The notes under the pieces were generated by a model. That model did no database searches, had not been told where the DNA came from, and saw only the letters and a program-made list of their open reading frames with translations. DNA of 61,301 nucleotides, filler included, from Dugesia japonica (lineage: Eukaryota), in the NCBI GenBank assembly GCA_001938525.1. It is 5 parts of 5 records of this genome, joined end to end, with 100 filler letters (N's around TTAATTAATTAA, not from the genome) between each part and the next. Parts side by side here need not be neighbours in the genome. Positions count along the whole stretch, not along the records: positions 9,343 to 31,543 come from MQRL01628734.1; 4 more parts are not named here. One strand, 5' to 3'. Positions 13,101 through 27,390 of this stretch are shown in pieces; within the stretch, counting starts at the first letter, position 1, and every line of letters starts with the position of its first letter. A program made the position numbers and the translations under genes.

Positions 13101-16100
13101 TGTAAATTAAGAGAAATTCTACTGTAAATTGAAAAAGATAATCGGGAAAAGATGGGAAGCGAAAATGGAATTAATATAATTATATTTCAAACAAAGAATT
13201 TTCAATTATAAGAAAATCAAAAATTATTAGAATAAGAAATGAGGGTGGGAAAACTAAGTTGGAATATTAATTATTTATATAATATAAATTTTATATATGT
13301 AGTTTCGTAAAATTATTAAAGAAAAGATTATATATTTGGATTATTATTATAAATTGTTGCATGGGCATTATCATTTAAAAAATTATTATATTTATGATGG
13401 TAATAATATTATTTATACGACATTTAAAAAGATAATATAATAAAATGTTAAATTCAACTTACAAGTAATGACTTTCTTAGAAAATTCAAAATCTTAACCG
13501 AAGAAGGCAGGTAGAAGCTGAAAAAATAATACATAAATGCCGACATAATAGTCTACATTTTAATGAAATTAATTATTGACATAGTATATATTTAAAAAGA
13601 AAGTTATCCAAATAAAATTTAGACCTTTAAAATGTCAAACTAATGTCTCAATGTACAATAGGTTGCTACAATTTGTAAAAAAACAAATTGTATTATTTCT
13701 TTTAATTGTTGGTTTATACCATATTTTATTTACAAATGCATCATTTCGATTTTCCAATAGTTCATCGTCATAATATTTTATTGTTTTACTTCTATAAAAA
13801 ACATAAACATAATAACCATCAACATCACGGTAATATTTACTAATTCACACACCCAAACAAATATTATAGCTACATGAATAAAATAAGTCACTATAAATAA
13901 ATGTTCCTTTTTTAGATTTTTTATTTGATGGAAACAAATTACATTAATTTTTTTGTTGATTTATTCTACTTTTATAGAAATAGGAAATAGTTAATATTTA
14001 CTTGATGTATTTAATCTATAATAAAATATCCAAAAGTTGTAACCACAATGTTATTTTTAAAATTCAACAATCAGTCGAAACCTCGATTATTAACAAAATA
14101 AAAATAAAAAGTATTTTATTGTGTGATTGCAAATCTCTTATATATATTTTTATAATGATAAAAATAGCAAATCAAACCGATGCAGTTTCAAGATAAATTA
14201 ATTAATAAAAATATTTTTTTTTATAATAATTATAATTAGTTACGATATAATAATAATGTTGAGCTAGAACACGCATATTAATAAAATTAAAATTGAGCAG
14301 GTCAAGGGTGTGATGATTGTGAGTTATGGTTGTACAGATTTATTAATTTTGGAATGAGCTTGGAAAACAAATATTGTTCGATGAGTTAGATTATTATATG
14401 TAGTAGTTGTATTATTTTATTATTATTATTATTTATAAGTAAATTTATTAGGATTTATTAGATTTTTATCGTAAATTAAGAAATTTTAAAATCATATTTA
14501 ACAATGTAGATTTAGATTTGTTATATAAAATATTATTATCGATATTATTATTAGATTTATTATTAGTATTATTATCATTATTATTAGAACGATTGGTTTT
14601 GATTTATACTGTATATTTATATAGATTTTTTTGGTANAAATTTAAATATTAATTAAAAAAAATAATAAATAAATAAAATAAAACATTAACATATAAAAAT
14701 AAATATAATAATCAATTGATTTTTTGTGTTTTGCCAAAGAGAGTTTCTACTTGGCTTGTATCTAGACTAATGAGATAATTTTCTCATAGTCTAGAATTGG
14801 CCCACCTGGAAAAAAACCAGGTTAAAAAAAATAAAAACAAAAAGTGGAGCTATAATAATAAGAAGTGGTGTGCACAGTGTGTTTGCATCAGTTCGATATA
14901 AAGTCGAATGATGCATTTACAAGTGGCATATTTTTTTTATTTTCTTTACAAGTGTTATTTATTGATTTTTGCTTGGAATTTAGAGGGTAATTTTCTTCAT
15001 TAATTTTTATTTTAAATTTAAAGAATTATTTTCGAGTGTTCTTTTTATTTGCTTACTCTACAGAGAGATTGGGGCTGCTCATTCAGCCAGCAATCATAAT
15101 CTCTGTCTCTCTCGTTTGATTGGAAGCCGCTTGTTCCTCCATCGATGTGCACATCATCTCGCGGTTGTGTAAATGTTTTCTGCACACTACTTATCTGTGT
15201 CAGATTTTTAATCGGTCACTAAGCATGACCTTTGATACATTGTGAATATCATCTCGTGATGTCTTTGTCTGGATTAGGGCGAGTAACTTGTTTGTTACTA
15301 AATTCAGACTACATTTCACCCTAATCTGACACCGACTGTACCATATGATTTCATTCATTAAGAGATAATAACAATATTAAACAGCAATTACCGTTAATAT
15401 AATAAATAATTAGTGTCGTAGAGACCCCTTTAATATAATATTATAGTAGTGTAAATTATTTTTATTATATCTAAACCCTCTTGTCTGATTTCTCGAAAAA
15501 TTTCGTTTTATTGTCTAAATTAGTGTTCCTTACGCTCAACTTTCATTTTCCGATATTTTTATAATAAATCAATAATAATAATAATAATGGTAATAATACT
15601 TATAATAATAATCAACTTTCTGGTCCAGTACTAATAAATTTCTAAATTTCTGCTCATTTTATTCATTTTTAGACACTTTTAACTCTTTTACTCCGTCATT
15701 TAGGCGTTCTAGCCCAACACTTTCATCACACCAAAACTCTTGAAAATGCGATGACAACTAGTGCTGAGATCTTTAAATAAAATCAATCATATGACAAATT
15801 TTCAGTCAGTGGGTCAGATAATTTCTTACACGGTTCATTGCGTGACCCGCGTGTCGCACGTTCCCCATCACTGAGTTTGAATTTACTACTGCGTAAATTT
15901 TCGTTTCTTTGAAATGCTTCTCTGATTTTGTTGGTTATGCCTCTATGATTGGCAGCTGAATAAGTATATTACCATTATAGGTGAAAATGTTCTTCAAAAC
16001 AAATTGATAAACCAGATTTTTTTCATTTTAATTAAAGACAGAAATTTTTAATTTTGTTGTCAAACTTCTGTATGATCTTACAACTAATTTAAATGAAAAA

Positions 16101-16595
16101 TTCTGTTAACACAATTCCAAATTTGAAATCAGCCAGTAATTTAGTTTAAATTAAAGAAAAAGAATTTTAATTCAAATTTGATTGATTTATGCCGCTTACA
16201 CATAATTCTGCAGGTTTTGAATATAGCTAGTTTTTGCAGATACAATGCCAAGTACGGAATTAATCTTTTCTCAATAGCTGGCGCATTCATCCCTTATTTC
16301 TACAAAAAATGTCAGCTTTTTTTATGTCGCTTTTCTTAAATCCCATTTATGCTACAAAATGTTTTTTTTATAATTCGTTATCTGAAACAAATAAATAAAT
16401 TACATATTTAAACAAGGTATTTTATAGAACATTGAAACATTTTAAAAACACTAAAAATAAAATATAAAAAATAAAATAAAATTTCAATATTATTGGAAAA
16501 CAGTATTTGTTATGTTCCCCATACAGGAAACATAAATCTGTCAATACAAAACGAGTTAGATAAATTTAATACTAATAACATTAAATATAACACCT

Positions 16596-18400
16596 TTAAC
16601 CCTCGAGTACTGTCGCCTGGGTGTCCGACACTCTAAGGAGTATTTTAGAAATGCAATATTTTTAATCTTGTCCATACTATTATATCCAACTCGACAGTAG
16701 CTGCAATTTTAAGGATTCTGAATTGATTGAATGTAATTTTGTTAGAATAAAAGCATTTTTTTCTCAGTTGTCGAGTTATATTTAGACTAATGTGTTCTCT
16801 TTGTGCTCTTTTTCTCAATCTCTATGTAAATTAGTGCTGTTTTTAGGATCTAAATTGCTTCTTCAGTGAAACCAAATTTATTTCACAATAATGAATGCTA
16901 GAAATTATAGAAATTTAATACATATTTTGTCCATAAGTAACTGCTTGTGGTTTTATTAATAAATTAGACAACAAAAAACCTCTGTTACAAACTTCGTTAA
17001 ATACATTCAAATAATTTTTCCTAATCTTAGTAGATTTGTTGAGTTTATTCTCACTTCTTCTGTGGATGCTATATTGTTGGTATATTATCTCTAGTTTACG
17101 GTTATTTGTAATTTCATCAGATGCAGAAACATTCAAAGCAAAACTTTTCAGTTACTGCTTTCTGAACTTTTCAATATTTGCTGACTTTGAATTTTTTCGG
17201 AGACAACACTTTTACCGTCTACATTGAGTATGCCGCCATCACTTTGAAGTTATCAACAGTCACTTGCACTTAGGTATTTAATCCTTTTTTATTATCCATT
17301 TTTTAAAAAAACTTTTTGAGGGAAATTGTAATTGTAGAATAAATCTTTATTTAGTTATGCCTGAATCTTCAATGAATGANTTTGTAAGTCAAAAATATAA
17401 TAACAATACCAATCGAACAAAATAAGACCAACAACAATCAACTTAGAAGAGCCTGATATGCGACTAGCGCATTTATTTATGATTTAATCAAATCTTTGTA
17501 TATAATTCAACTGAACAGTTAATTATAATTTAATTTTTATATTGTAAANNNNNNNNNNNNNNNNNNNNNNNNNNNNNNNNNNNNNNNNNNNNNNNNNNAA
17601 AAAACTTTTTGAGGGAAATTGTAATTGTAGAATAAATCTTTATTTAGTTATGCCTGAATCTTCAATGAATGATTTTGTAAGTCAAAAATATAATAACAAT
17701 ACCAATCGAACAAAATAAGACCAACAACAATCAACTTAGAAGAGCCTGATATGCGACTAGCGCATTTATTTATGATTTAATCAAATCTTTGTATATAATT
17801 CAACTGAACAGTTAATTATAATTTAATTTTTATATTGTAAATTTTAGAATGTGTAGCGGTAAAGTTCAATTAAGTAGTGGCAACGGCGCGAGCAACTATT
17901 TGTTTTAATTTTTTTTAATTTGAAATTTTTTGAAATACTTTTTAATGTGAATAGTAGATACTTTAACTAGGATTTTTTTGAAACACTTGTCATTATCTTC
18001 TATTACATAAATAATTGTTTATCTCGTTCGTATGCTCGGGTATATTCTAATATTTTCAATCTCATTTAGAACAGGAAATTTGTAATTTCATTAGATGCAG
18101 AACTATTCAAAGCAAAAATTTTGAACTACTGCTTTCCGAAATTCTCCATATTTTCATTCGTTTTGGATTTTTCTGAACAACAATTCTACTGTCTCTAATG
18201 AAAATGCTGCTATCACTTTCATAGTTATCGCTAAAGTCACTTTCACACAGGTATGTAATTACATTGTAGCTGACGGATTGGATGATGTTATAATGTTGAG
18301 AGGACAAATTAAATTTATATAAACTGTGAAGTGAAGTAAAGTGCATTAAAATTTAACTTTAATAGAATCCGATTCGTGAATTTTGCACAAAGGGTTTAAA
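16596..18400. mobile_element. Possible piggyBac-type non-autonomous remnant(s)
   Basis: Begins TTAA-CCCT and has AAGGGTTTAA near 18390; contains two diverged homologous segments (~17100-17280 and ~18080-18260). No catalytic motifs seen. Confidence 0.35.
17303..17841. repeat. Near-exact ~245-bp direct duplication flanking a 50-N gap (likely assembly overlap)
   Basis: 17303-17548 equals 17599-17841. Confidence 0.85.
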
Positions 18401-21400
18401 ATAATCTAAAAAATAATTGTGTTTAAAAAAATATAAAATTTTGATATTAAGTAATATCTAGTTAAAAATAAGTTACTTCCATTAAATTGAAAGAAAAAAT
18501 ACCGTCATTATCCGAGTTCCACCTACGTGAATCGCGTTTTTAAAGCCGACAATCGTACTGGAAGGTTTAGACATCAAATTATAATTAATCTAAATTTAGA
18601 ACAATTAATACCCAAAACAGATTAACTTAGTATTATTAAATTTAATAATATTTTGAAAGAAACAATATTTTTGAAGCAACAGAGAAACGAATCAATAATA
18701 AAAGCTGTAAATACACCAATGATCACTTGCCAACATTGGAATCGGGAGTAATATTTTTTGCTTCAGGTCTTTGCTCACTACAGTTTTATCTTCTTTTAGT
18801 GATAGTGGCATTCCAAAAATTCAATTTTTGTTTTTTTTATTGAGAAGATAATACTGTAATTTTAACCTTTTAAAGTAATCTTTTCCATAAATATTTGATT
18901 GGGATTTGTAGAAGTGATGAAAATGATTCGGTGTTTTTTCTATAACTTGGAACGCTGGATTCGTTTTGTGGGGTTTTTATTTTATACATATTTTATATCA
19001 TTTAGTAGATATTAGACATTTTTGTCATATTTTTACAATATTAATTATCATAATTAAATATAATAATATGCGCAAATTCAATGAACAATGACAGTTATAT
19101 CGGAAGAATACCAGCAATCGAAAGGAGATGAAATTTCTACATACTTCATTCGACTGCTGAAATTAATTTTGGGTCTAGCTTTGGCTGCGATGTAAATAGC
19201 CTTTGGTAAAATAATCTGAATTTATTTTCCAATATTTAATGATAGTCTTCTCATCCATAACTGTTGGATTTATTCTTTTTTATAGTCAAAATTGTCGGCA
19301 TTGATTTCTACATCAATTTAAGTATAAATATTCTCACTTCGAAAATGTATTGAGCCACCCGAGTTTCTCGATTTTCAAAATGAGTCACGTTAAAAAAGGT
19401 TGATAACTCTTGAATTAGAAAATTAAAGATGTCAATTATTTATAATTAAAATTCTTAAATACTTATCAGAATTGTCTAAATTTATTTTCTTAAAATTGAT
19501 TTAATAACAAAGAATTTCATTCGAATTTTACGTAACTGGATATAATGGCATATCAATAAATATTCAAAAAGTCGATACATTATAAAAATTATATTGATTT
19601 CAGTTAAAACATACAAAAGTTACATAAATCAATTAAAATGTATGCAAATATGATCTCAATTGAAAAGTTTTTATACTTAATTAAAATTTTACAAAATTAT
19701 TTAATTACTCAAAATTACAAATACAAATCTTAATAAAAAATTACTCGATTTTAAATTGCTTCAATAAAACAAGATATCACTAATTTATAATTCTGTCCAA
19801 AATTCTTATTATTAAAAATACTTTGATTCTCATAATGTAACCAAAAACATTAAACCTTAATAGCAAAAATAAAATTATCAAAAATGAACGTAAAACAGTA
19901 GCTCTGCTACTTCATTTTGTAGTATTATCTAATGTTGAAATATAAACTCAACAAAGAATTTATAAAGTTTAATAATTATAGTTTAATTTCAATAGTAATT
20001 TTATCTGCCCAAGTTCAGTAGTAATTAAGTTTATAAATTTATAGTTTCAAATGACAAAATCAATGATATTGTTAGGTTGTAATTGTTAGTTGTATTGTTA
20101 GGTTCGTGTACTGAGAACTTAATACAAAAGTTTTTTGACTCCAGTTATTATTTGACGTGTAGGTACGATAATAATAATAATATAATTAATAAACAAAGAT
20201 CTTTTATTAAATAAACTTTATTGAAAATATTTTACTATATTAAATACGATATAGATCAATTACAATTAATATTATTAACAATCGAATTCTAATTTTAGGG
20301 AACGTTCAGAACAACTTGCTTTTATTTAATTTTAGAAAGATTATCTCAGTAATAAAAATTTCCTTTCCAATTTAATTTCCGTGGTGGTGACTAACAAATT
20401 ACACCGTCGATAGCGTTAAAGACTTTAAAAGATTTTTTGGAATCGCTAAATTTAATAATTAATGATGGTGTTTTTCCTTGGAAACTTTCAGCGATAGCTA
20501 TTACCCTTTAATTAAATATAATTAACCAAATAGCAAATTTAAAAAGAACAAATCGCTCAAGTTAACTGCCTGACAAATTGTAACAATCATTTGATAAAAT
20601 TAGAATTATTTAGTCTACTGACTATAAATTTATTCTAATTTAATATTAAAAGAAACCCAAAATAACCCCTTCATTTCATGACTTTTCTTTAAAAAAAGAA
20701 AAATATCATAGGAATACCATTGCTTAATAAAAGAAGGGAAAAATAATAAAAAATATATTTGTATGCATTTTAATATATTTTTTAATAAAAAATGGTCTGT
20801 AGAAGTTTGCAATATCATGAATATGTAGTACATATATATGCTTAGTTCAATTAATATTACATCCAATTTAGGTTTTTAGCAGATTTGCTACAAAATAAAA
20901 TGTAGGGTTAAATTTATCTCGTAGTCAAATTATTCCGCAAAATTAAATTCCAAAATCGAATTGACGATTACCTAAAAGTAATTTTAAAAATGTGCAAAAA
21001 GTTAATTTTTGTACAAGTATGTATATATATTGTTTCTACGTATAATTATTTACACATACTAATTTTTGCAATATAAAATATTAAAACGAGTAACAATTTT
21101 TTGTAAAATAAATTACTGATTTAGTTAACATAAACATTTCAAGGTTATAGATTTTTCTTATTTACTTTTCTAATTAGGGTAGATTTTTTAGTAATGTTAG
21201 ATCGCGTGGGTAAATACTAGCAATAAATTAAAAAAGTCTGACTCCAAATCAAAATATAATAACGCGTTTAGGTATTGATTTGGTATGGTAAATAAAAGAC
21301 ATGTAATTTTTGGTCTAAAATTTATTGAATAATAAACAAATACAAAATGTGATACAATTTATTTCCAAATTGCGTGATTATAAGTTTTCCAAGCGTTATC

Positions 21401-21699
21401 GCTTCTATATAATTGTTTAAGAAAATTATACCGGTAATACACTACCGTCCTCAAAGATGTCAAATGATGTGCCTAATTACTTTCACCACGTGTAATAAAA
21501 TGCAAATAAATTTACCACTGAAATTTCTGACAATTCAAGAGACGATTAAGCATTAACATTGCTTTTATTATTAGGATTTGTTTCATTTATTTTCCATAAT
21601 TTGTTACTATTTACAATTTTCGATGTTTATGACAACTGTATACAATCAAAATGTGTGGTGCTAAAGAGGACCGTTATACGTTCTCATATCATATGCTCA

Positions 21700-23670
21700 C
21701 ATTGCTTATAAATTTTGTGGAAAATATTCTTGCCGGTCGTTTGTGAACTTTAATATTATAGTCTTCTGATTATGTTCAGCATTTTCTTCAATTACGAAAA
21801 GATGATCGTTAACAAATATATAGAAATTGCAACGTCTTTTTATCGTTTCCTTTCGACCAGGATTCAACATACTATTATCCTGGTTTCTGCTGCAAATATT
21901 TAACATTTATTGATGTATCGTAGGACCAATCTGTGATATTTATTATTTCTTCTGTGGACCAAATGTCTAATGGCAAATCGTCAATTACGCATCCGTCATA
22001 ACGAAATTGGTTTGGTCCCAATTTTTCGAAATCTTACCGGATCCTTATGTGGATAGGCTTCTCAAAATGACAGAAAGAAAATTGGTTTTACCTATTCCTG
22101 AAACAAAAACATATGTTAACATTTTATTATAAAAAAAAATTTCATTACCAGTGCCACCAATAAAAACTTTGGTCCGCTGATCATCCAATTGGAATCATAT
22201 TTCGGTTTAGCGTGTTGATCAATTTTTGCACTCAGTATTAATTGCAGCTTTGATTGCATCCTGATGAAATATAATGGGCGCTCATCTTCCACCATTTCTT
22301 AACCGTCCTGAACATTTTCACACTACAAAACGTCTTCCAGAACGCATTATCTTCAATACGTTTTCGGTAGCCCCATTTTAGTTTTAATCCATTTTTTGCA
22401 GCCCTATCAACGTTAGTGCATTTGTCTATTTCCAATGAGAGATTCTTGTATTTTACTTCGGTGATTGAAATACATATAAATATGAATAATCATAAAAAAA
22501 ATAAAATTACCATATATGTCATCAACTTTAAGTAATGTCTTTGTTGCTTGAATACTGTAACTTTTATTAAAAGTTACGAAACAATGCATAAAATTTTCTC
22601 CATTTGAGCTTTGTTTTTCACAAATAAAAATTTAGATTTTTCATTAATGGTTTTCATAAAAGTTTTTCTAATACGTAAATATTGGTTTTTTGCGATCATT
22701 ATTCTGAAATTTCTAAATCGTCGAATGCCAGGAATTCTAGTGATTTCTTCTCTATTTCTGTTATTATTAATATTGTTGTGGTAAAACACTCGGTTTATAA
22801 AGAAAAGTGAGGGCCAAGGTCCCAAATTATAAAATAATGAGGAAGGGACTTGAAAAGAAAATTGATTAGGAATATGGATCAATTGGATAAACATAAAATC
22901 TATACTAAGAAAAAAAACCAGAAAGAAAACACTAGACGAATAAATTCAACTCTGATCAATTACAATAATTAAAGAAAATTAGAATTTATTAAGAAAAAAC
23001 TAGAAAATTATTATTGGAAAAATAATTAATTAACAAGAAAATATTAATTAATTTTAGACAAAAAGAATTAAAATTAGTCAGAAATCAGTTTTGGTCAAAA
23101 ATATCCACTCAGGATAGTTACAGAGACGTGTAATACGAAAAACTGTAAGAAGAAAGCAACTGGGCAATAGAATTTCACCATCGGAAAATTCTATCATTAT
23201 CAGAAGGACCTCTTCAACTGTTTGAATAATGGTCCAATAAGGACCATTCCTATTGCGGAATTCCTATTGGTGCCAATTCTACAATTCCAAAATTTTTGTC
23301 AATTTACATCTACTCTATTGATGCCTATTTTTGGAGGTCCATGTGGCTTTTTCTTCTTTGTTTTATTTTTTTTTTATGTCTAAGGAGAAAAATTTTTTCA
23401 ACTTAAATCAATAAATATTTCTAAATGTATGTTAACTTAATCATTATAATTAAATATCAATATTACTTCGATCGAATACATTGCTTCGAGTTTCTAAAAC
23501 ATCAATGCTTTTAGTATCATGCATAACTTCATCAACAACAGCTTCATTTATTTAACTTTGGACTTGTGGACTTCTTTGACATTTTTTTTGCATCTATGGC
23601 TTCTTCAGTGTCACTGATCTTCAAAATATCCAACTTAGAGATTTTTTAGATAAGTTCATCTACGTTGCTC
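21700..23670 (-). pseudogene. Cluster of degenerate, short-intron orphan exons
   Basis: Several ~50-nt GT-AG introns on the minus strand (e.g. ~22099-22148) link coding-like segments with stops; no family recognised. Confidence 0.35.
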
Positions 23671-23870
23671 ATTTTTCAAAATATACCTAAATTCCAAAAG
23701 GATTACGTATAAGAAAACGCAATTTTTTAAAACATCTATTTTTAATACATGTTTCGGATATAATATATTCAGTACTGTCGTAAAATAAGAATGAAATTGT
23801 ACTGGCTAATATACTGTTATATACTGGCCAATATAACAGAATTGTTGCGTAATCAATCAATAAAATAATA

Positions 23871-24331
23871 TTAAAATAAATTTAGAAGTGAATGTGTGTC
23901 AATTTGAGTATTAAGATTCGGATTGTGCAACCAAATTCTCAAAGCCTCACACGCAATTCTTTCAAAATAGTTACCAAAACCGTTGTTCAAAACTGTAAAC
24001 TCATCAAAGCTTATTTTGTTTTTTCTNTTTTTGCAGCAACAGGCATGATCTAAAACCGAACTTTTCCTACTCAATTGCATATCAAAAATATCCACTCAGG
24101 ATAGTTACAGAGACGTGTAATACGAAGATGATGTTTTGTCTCTCCAATGTACGTGGCATCACACCCGTTACAATTAAATTGATAAACTAAGTTAGCGAGT
24201 AAAGCTTTTGGTGTAGTAGATTTGTTGATTAAATAACTTGAGGTTTTCTTTGAAGTGAAAATTAATCTATATTTATTATCATCAAAATATTTCATGAGAG
24301 AGCATTTTAATGATATATAATTGCAAACCAA
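23871..24331 (-). pseudogene. Penelope-like GIY-YIG endonuclease remnant
   Basis: NLVYQFNCNGCDATYIGETKHHLRI...ACEALRIWLHNPNLNTQ; frameshifted. Confidence 0.88.
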
Positions 24332-25413
24332 TCCGATTGATTCTAAACTTCACACATGTATATTCTATCAACATTCAACCAATACGAATATCACACACAT
24401 GTATGTATTGAAACAAAGAACAAACAATAAAAATAATGCTCGTCAACTGAATATCAACTGCTTCATGCAATGATTAAATTCAACAAGTCAAAAAGTTGTA
24501 AATGCTTTGTTTAACTTGCAGTGGCTTTGCATTTGTATTGCACTTATAATGTTTAAACAAAGAATTATCAATCAAAACATGCTAATAATCAAAAGTACCA
24601 TATTTTCAAACTATAAAATAAATACTTATCAACACTGAGTATAAAAGCAAAATGATTTTATAGGTTTTCATTATTTCAATATGAAACTAAGTATTGGATC
24701 AATATAAGATAAAGTTATGACCATAGCTGTGGATTACGGAAAGCCTACGTAATTTCATAGAATCCAAATGAAATTCCTCAGGAGACCAATATTATATTTG
24801 TTTCAAGTATTGTATTTTTGTATTTTATTATTTAATATTTTTATTTATGAACCTGTGAAGATACAACGATCTACCTATAGTTTGGTGATATCTGACATTG
24901 GCTCCAAAGACAAGAATACTTTGAATTTATTNNNNNNNNNNNNNNNNNNNNNNNNNNNNNNNNNNNNNNNNNNNNNNNNNNNNNNNNNNNNNNNNNNNNN
25001 NATTGTATTCGAAAAATCACAACAATATATGATTCAGGTTGAAATACAAGGAGTCAAGAAAAATGGAGACAACACTAACTCAATTAATAGAAAATTTAAA
25101 TCTTCAATTTGGAAAATTTCGAGACATTTTGTAAATGTTGTTATTATAATAAATGCTATATATTTATTTGTCTTTTTAACTAACTCTATTTAAATCGTAA
25201 TATTTGAAAATTAAATTTAAAAATATATAAAAATCTTATCTCTAAATAATGTCTATCANAAGAATAAAAACTCTATTTCAATTAATAACTAAAAACTTTA
25301 TGATAAATACATTACTTTTAAAACTCTATTAATTAATAATAACTACCAAATCAAATAAAAACTTTATTATAATTAACTAACAAATTGACTATATGAACAA
25401 AGAAAAACAAGTT

Positions 25414-25557
25414 TCATGACAAATAGTTTTTTAACACAAATTGATGTCTCTCAAGAAGCATATATCTACACTTGTAGCATTCACAATGGAAGCGTTGACA
25501 TAGCTCCTTATAATAATCGTCTAATACTTGTTTGTAGACTTCTTTTTGCAGGACCAT
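25414..25557 (-). CDS. Small Cys/His-rich orphan ORF (47 aa; probably the last exon of a spliced gene)
   Basis: MVLQKEVYKQVLDDYYKELCQRFHCECYKCRYMLLERHQFVLKNYLS; preceded by a tttag acceptor and a gtaata donor near 25640. Confidence 0.4.
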   Translation of the reverse strand: MVLQKEVYKQVLDDYYKELCQRFHCECYKCRYMLLERHQFVLKNYLS

Positions 25558-25932
25558 TCTTTTTCTAAATAAAATGATTGCGATAATATTTTGAAATAAA
25601 AAAATTTATAAATAATAAATAAATAAAAAATTAATATTACTTTTTTCGATAATCAGGTCCTCCTGACCATCTAAACCTGCTGATTCATCACAACTTTTTC
25701 TGTATTCTTTAATTCTTATGAGATTCATTATTTAAAATTAACAACTGATTAAAATGAAATATGTAATGTATTTTAAACAATTCTCTGTTTTACACAAATC
25801 GACCAATTAAAACCGACCAATGAAAAAAAAGTAATAATCAAACAAGGAAATGCCTTGTTATACTTGTATTCATATTGCATGACTGTGCATTCTTGTTGTG
25901 AAATTAAACAATTAAGTTATATAAATCAGAAA

Positions 25933-26342
25933 TTATATTATTATATATCCTTGGTAGTTTAAATTCTTTATACCGGGTATTATAATTTTTTCTGATAAAA
26001 ATACGTTTTCACATACAGGATCATACTTTTTAAGTCGTAATGCTTGGAAACAATTCTTGTTCAAATGAGAATTTTGTTGTTTTTGCTAATTTATACAACT
26101 TGATAACTTGTCCCAAATTTATTACAATTGTTAATGATTGCAAGCGAATATCTTTAATATCATACTTTAATTTTTCCTTTTTCTAATGGTTTTTTATATC
26201 CCATTATTCGACAATTTCCTGATTTAAAGAATATTAATGTATATTTCCTACTTTTGTCAACAAATCGAAAACAATAGAAAAACTTCATTTTGCTTGTTAA
26301 AACTTGCGACACTTTACCTTTGTAATTAATATTAACTAACAT
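25933..26342 (-). pseudogene. Divergent, intronless TATA-binding-protein (TBP)-like gene with two frameshifts
   Basis: Reconstruction gives MLVNINY...TLIFFKSGNCRIMG (repeat 1, cf. TALIFSSGKMVCTG) and IRLQSLTIVINLGQVIKLYKLA...FSFEQELFP/ALRLKKYDPVCENVFLSEKIIIPG (repeat 2, cf. YEPELFPGLIYR...IFVSGKVVLTG). Confidence 0.8.
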
Positions 26343-26467
26343 GATTAATGATTTTTTAATAAATGAGGGTGTATATATACATATTTTCCAAAAATAAATT
26401 TAATTGATTCATTTAAACAAAGACAAAATATTATTATAAACAATGCATTAAATAAAACTTTTATAAA

Positions 26468-26689
26468 ATGGAGTTGAGAAATGATGCTGTTTATCAATTT
26501 GTAGGTCCAAGCGGTAGCGGAGAAACCTTATTCGTATGCAAGTTACTAAAATCAAATTTATTTTAATCAAAATTTAACAAAATATATTGGCACAGAGGTG
26601 CAAATGAAGACCATGGGTTGACGCAATCAGAGTTTTGCAACATTAAAATGAAAATTATAAATGGATTTGATAAAAATACGGGCCACTAA
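26468..26689 (+). pseudogene. N-terminal remnant of an A32/FtsK-like packaging ATPase (Polinton type)
   Basis: MELRNDAVYQFVGPSGSGETLFVCKLLKSNLF*SKFNKIYWH: N-terminal Walker A (K>E) followed by FV..LL and I.W, with one internal stop; truncated. Not in the ORF track. Confidence 0.65.
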
Positions 26690-26809
26690 ATGATAAAGCA
26701 TTAAAGGTTTAATTCTGTTATGGAACTAATTTCTTAATTAGAAGACAACTTGAGGTATAGTTATTTAGGATATGAAAACGATTTATTAAATAAAACCATA
26801 AATATGATA

Positions 26810-27162
26810 TCACGGCCGCAGAGTTTGAGTCCCCTTATCTATCATAAGTTGCTCTAAAGGCATTTTTTCCTTTAGCCTGAGGATGTCATTTACCAGTTTA
26901 GTCTCTCGGACATGGAGGGACCGTATAACTTCTGCGAACGATTCAATCTAGGACTTCCATATGCGTTCTTGTGCGTACGATGCCTCAGCTTCCTTACATA
27001 TGGCAGTGCACTTTGCTCGGTAGCGTTTTACCTTGGCGGTAGCCACTTCAGCTTCAAATCGTCGTTTGGCCAGCCTATAGAGCTCCCAGGAAATCTCTAT
27101 ATCCTCACTGGATTCTCTCATTTTCTTGGTGGGAGCTATGTTTCGATTTAATGAAGAGTGCA
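26810..27162 (-). pseudogene. Orphan mini-gene family A, copy 2 (coiled-coil-like, ~117 aa, one internal stop)
   Basis: (A)TG-HSSLNRNIAPTKKMRESSEDIEISWELYRLAKRRFEAE...; homology to 29425-29816 continues past the stop at 26948. Confidence 0.7.
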
Positions 27163-27390
27163 CTAAAAAAAGAAATATTACAATTAGGTTTTGATTACTC
27201 TTCGCAACAAGACAATAATAACTGATACACAATCACACCAAATCGGATTGGCAATGAACAGAAATGGATGACCGGATAAAGCAACGACAAAAAAACTACA
27301 ATATTTAAACCGACCAAATGACTTCACAAGCAATATTTATTTGTGATAACTAAAATTACTAAAANGTATGATAGAGTAAAACAGAGATCC

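Noticed and set aside
17303-17841. Recent tandem duplication
   Set aside because: The copies are identical and flank a 50-N gap, typical of an unmerged contig overlap.
23096-23140. 45-bp exact copy of Penelope sequence 24082-24126
   Set aside because: Likely a templated repair patch or local misassembly; no functional signal.
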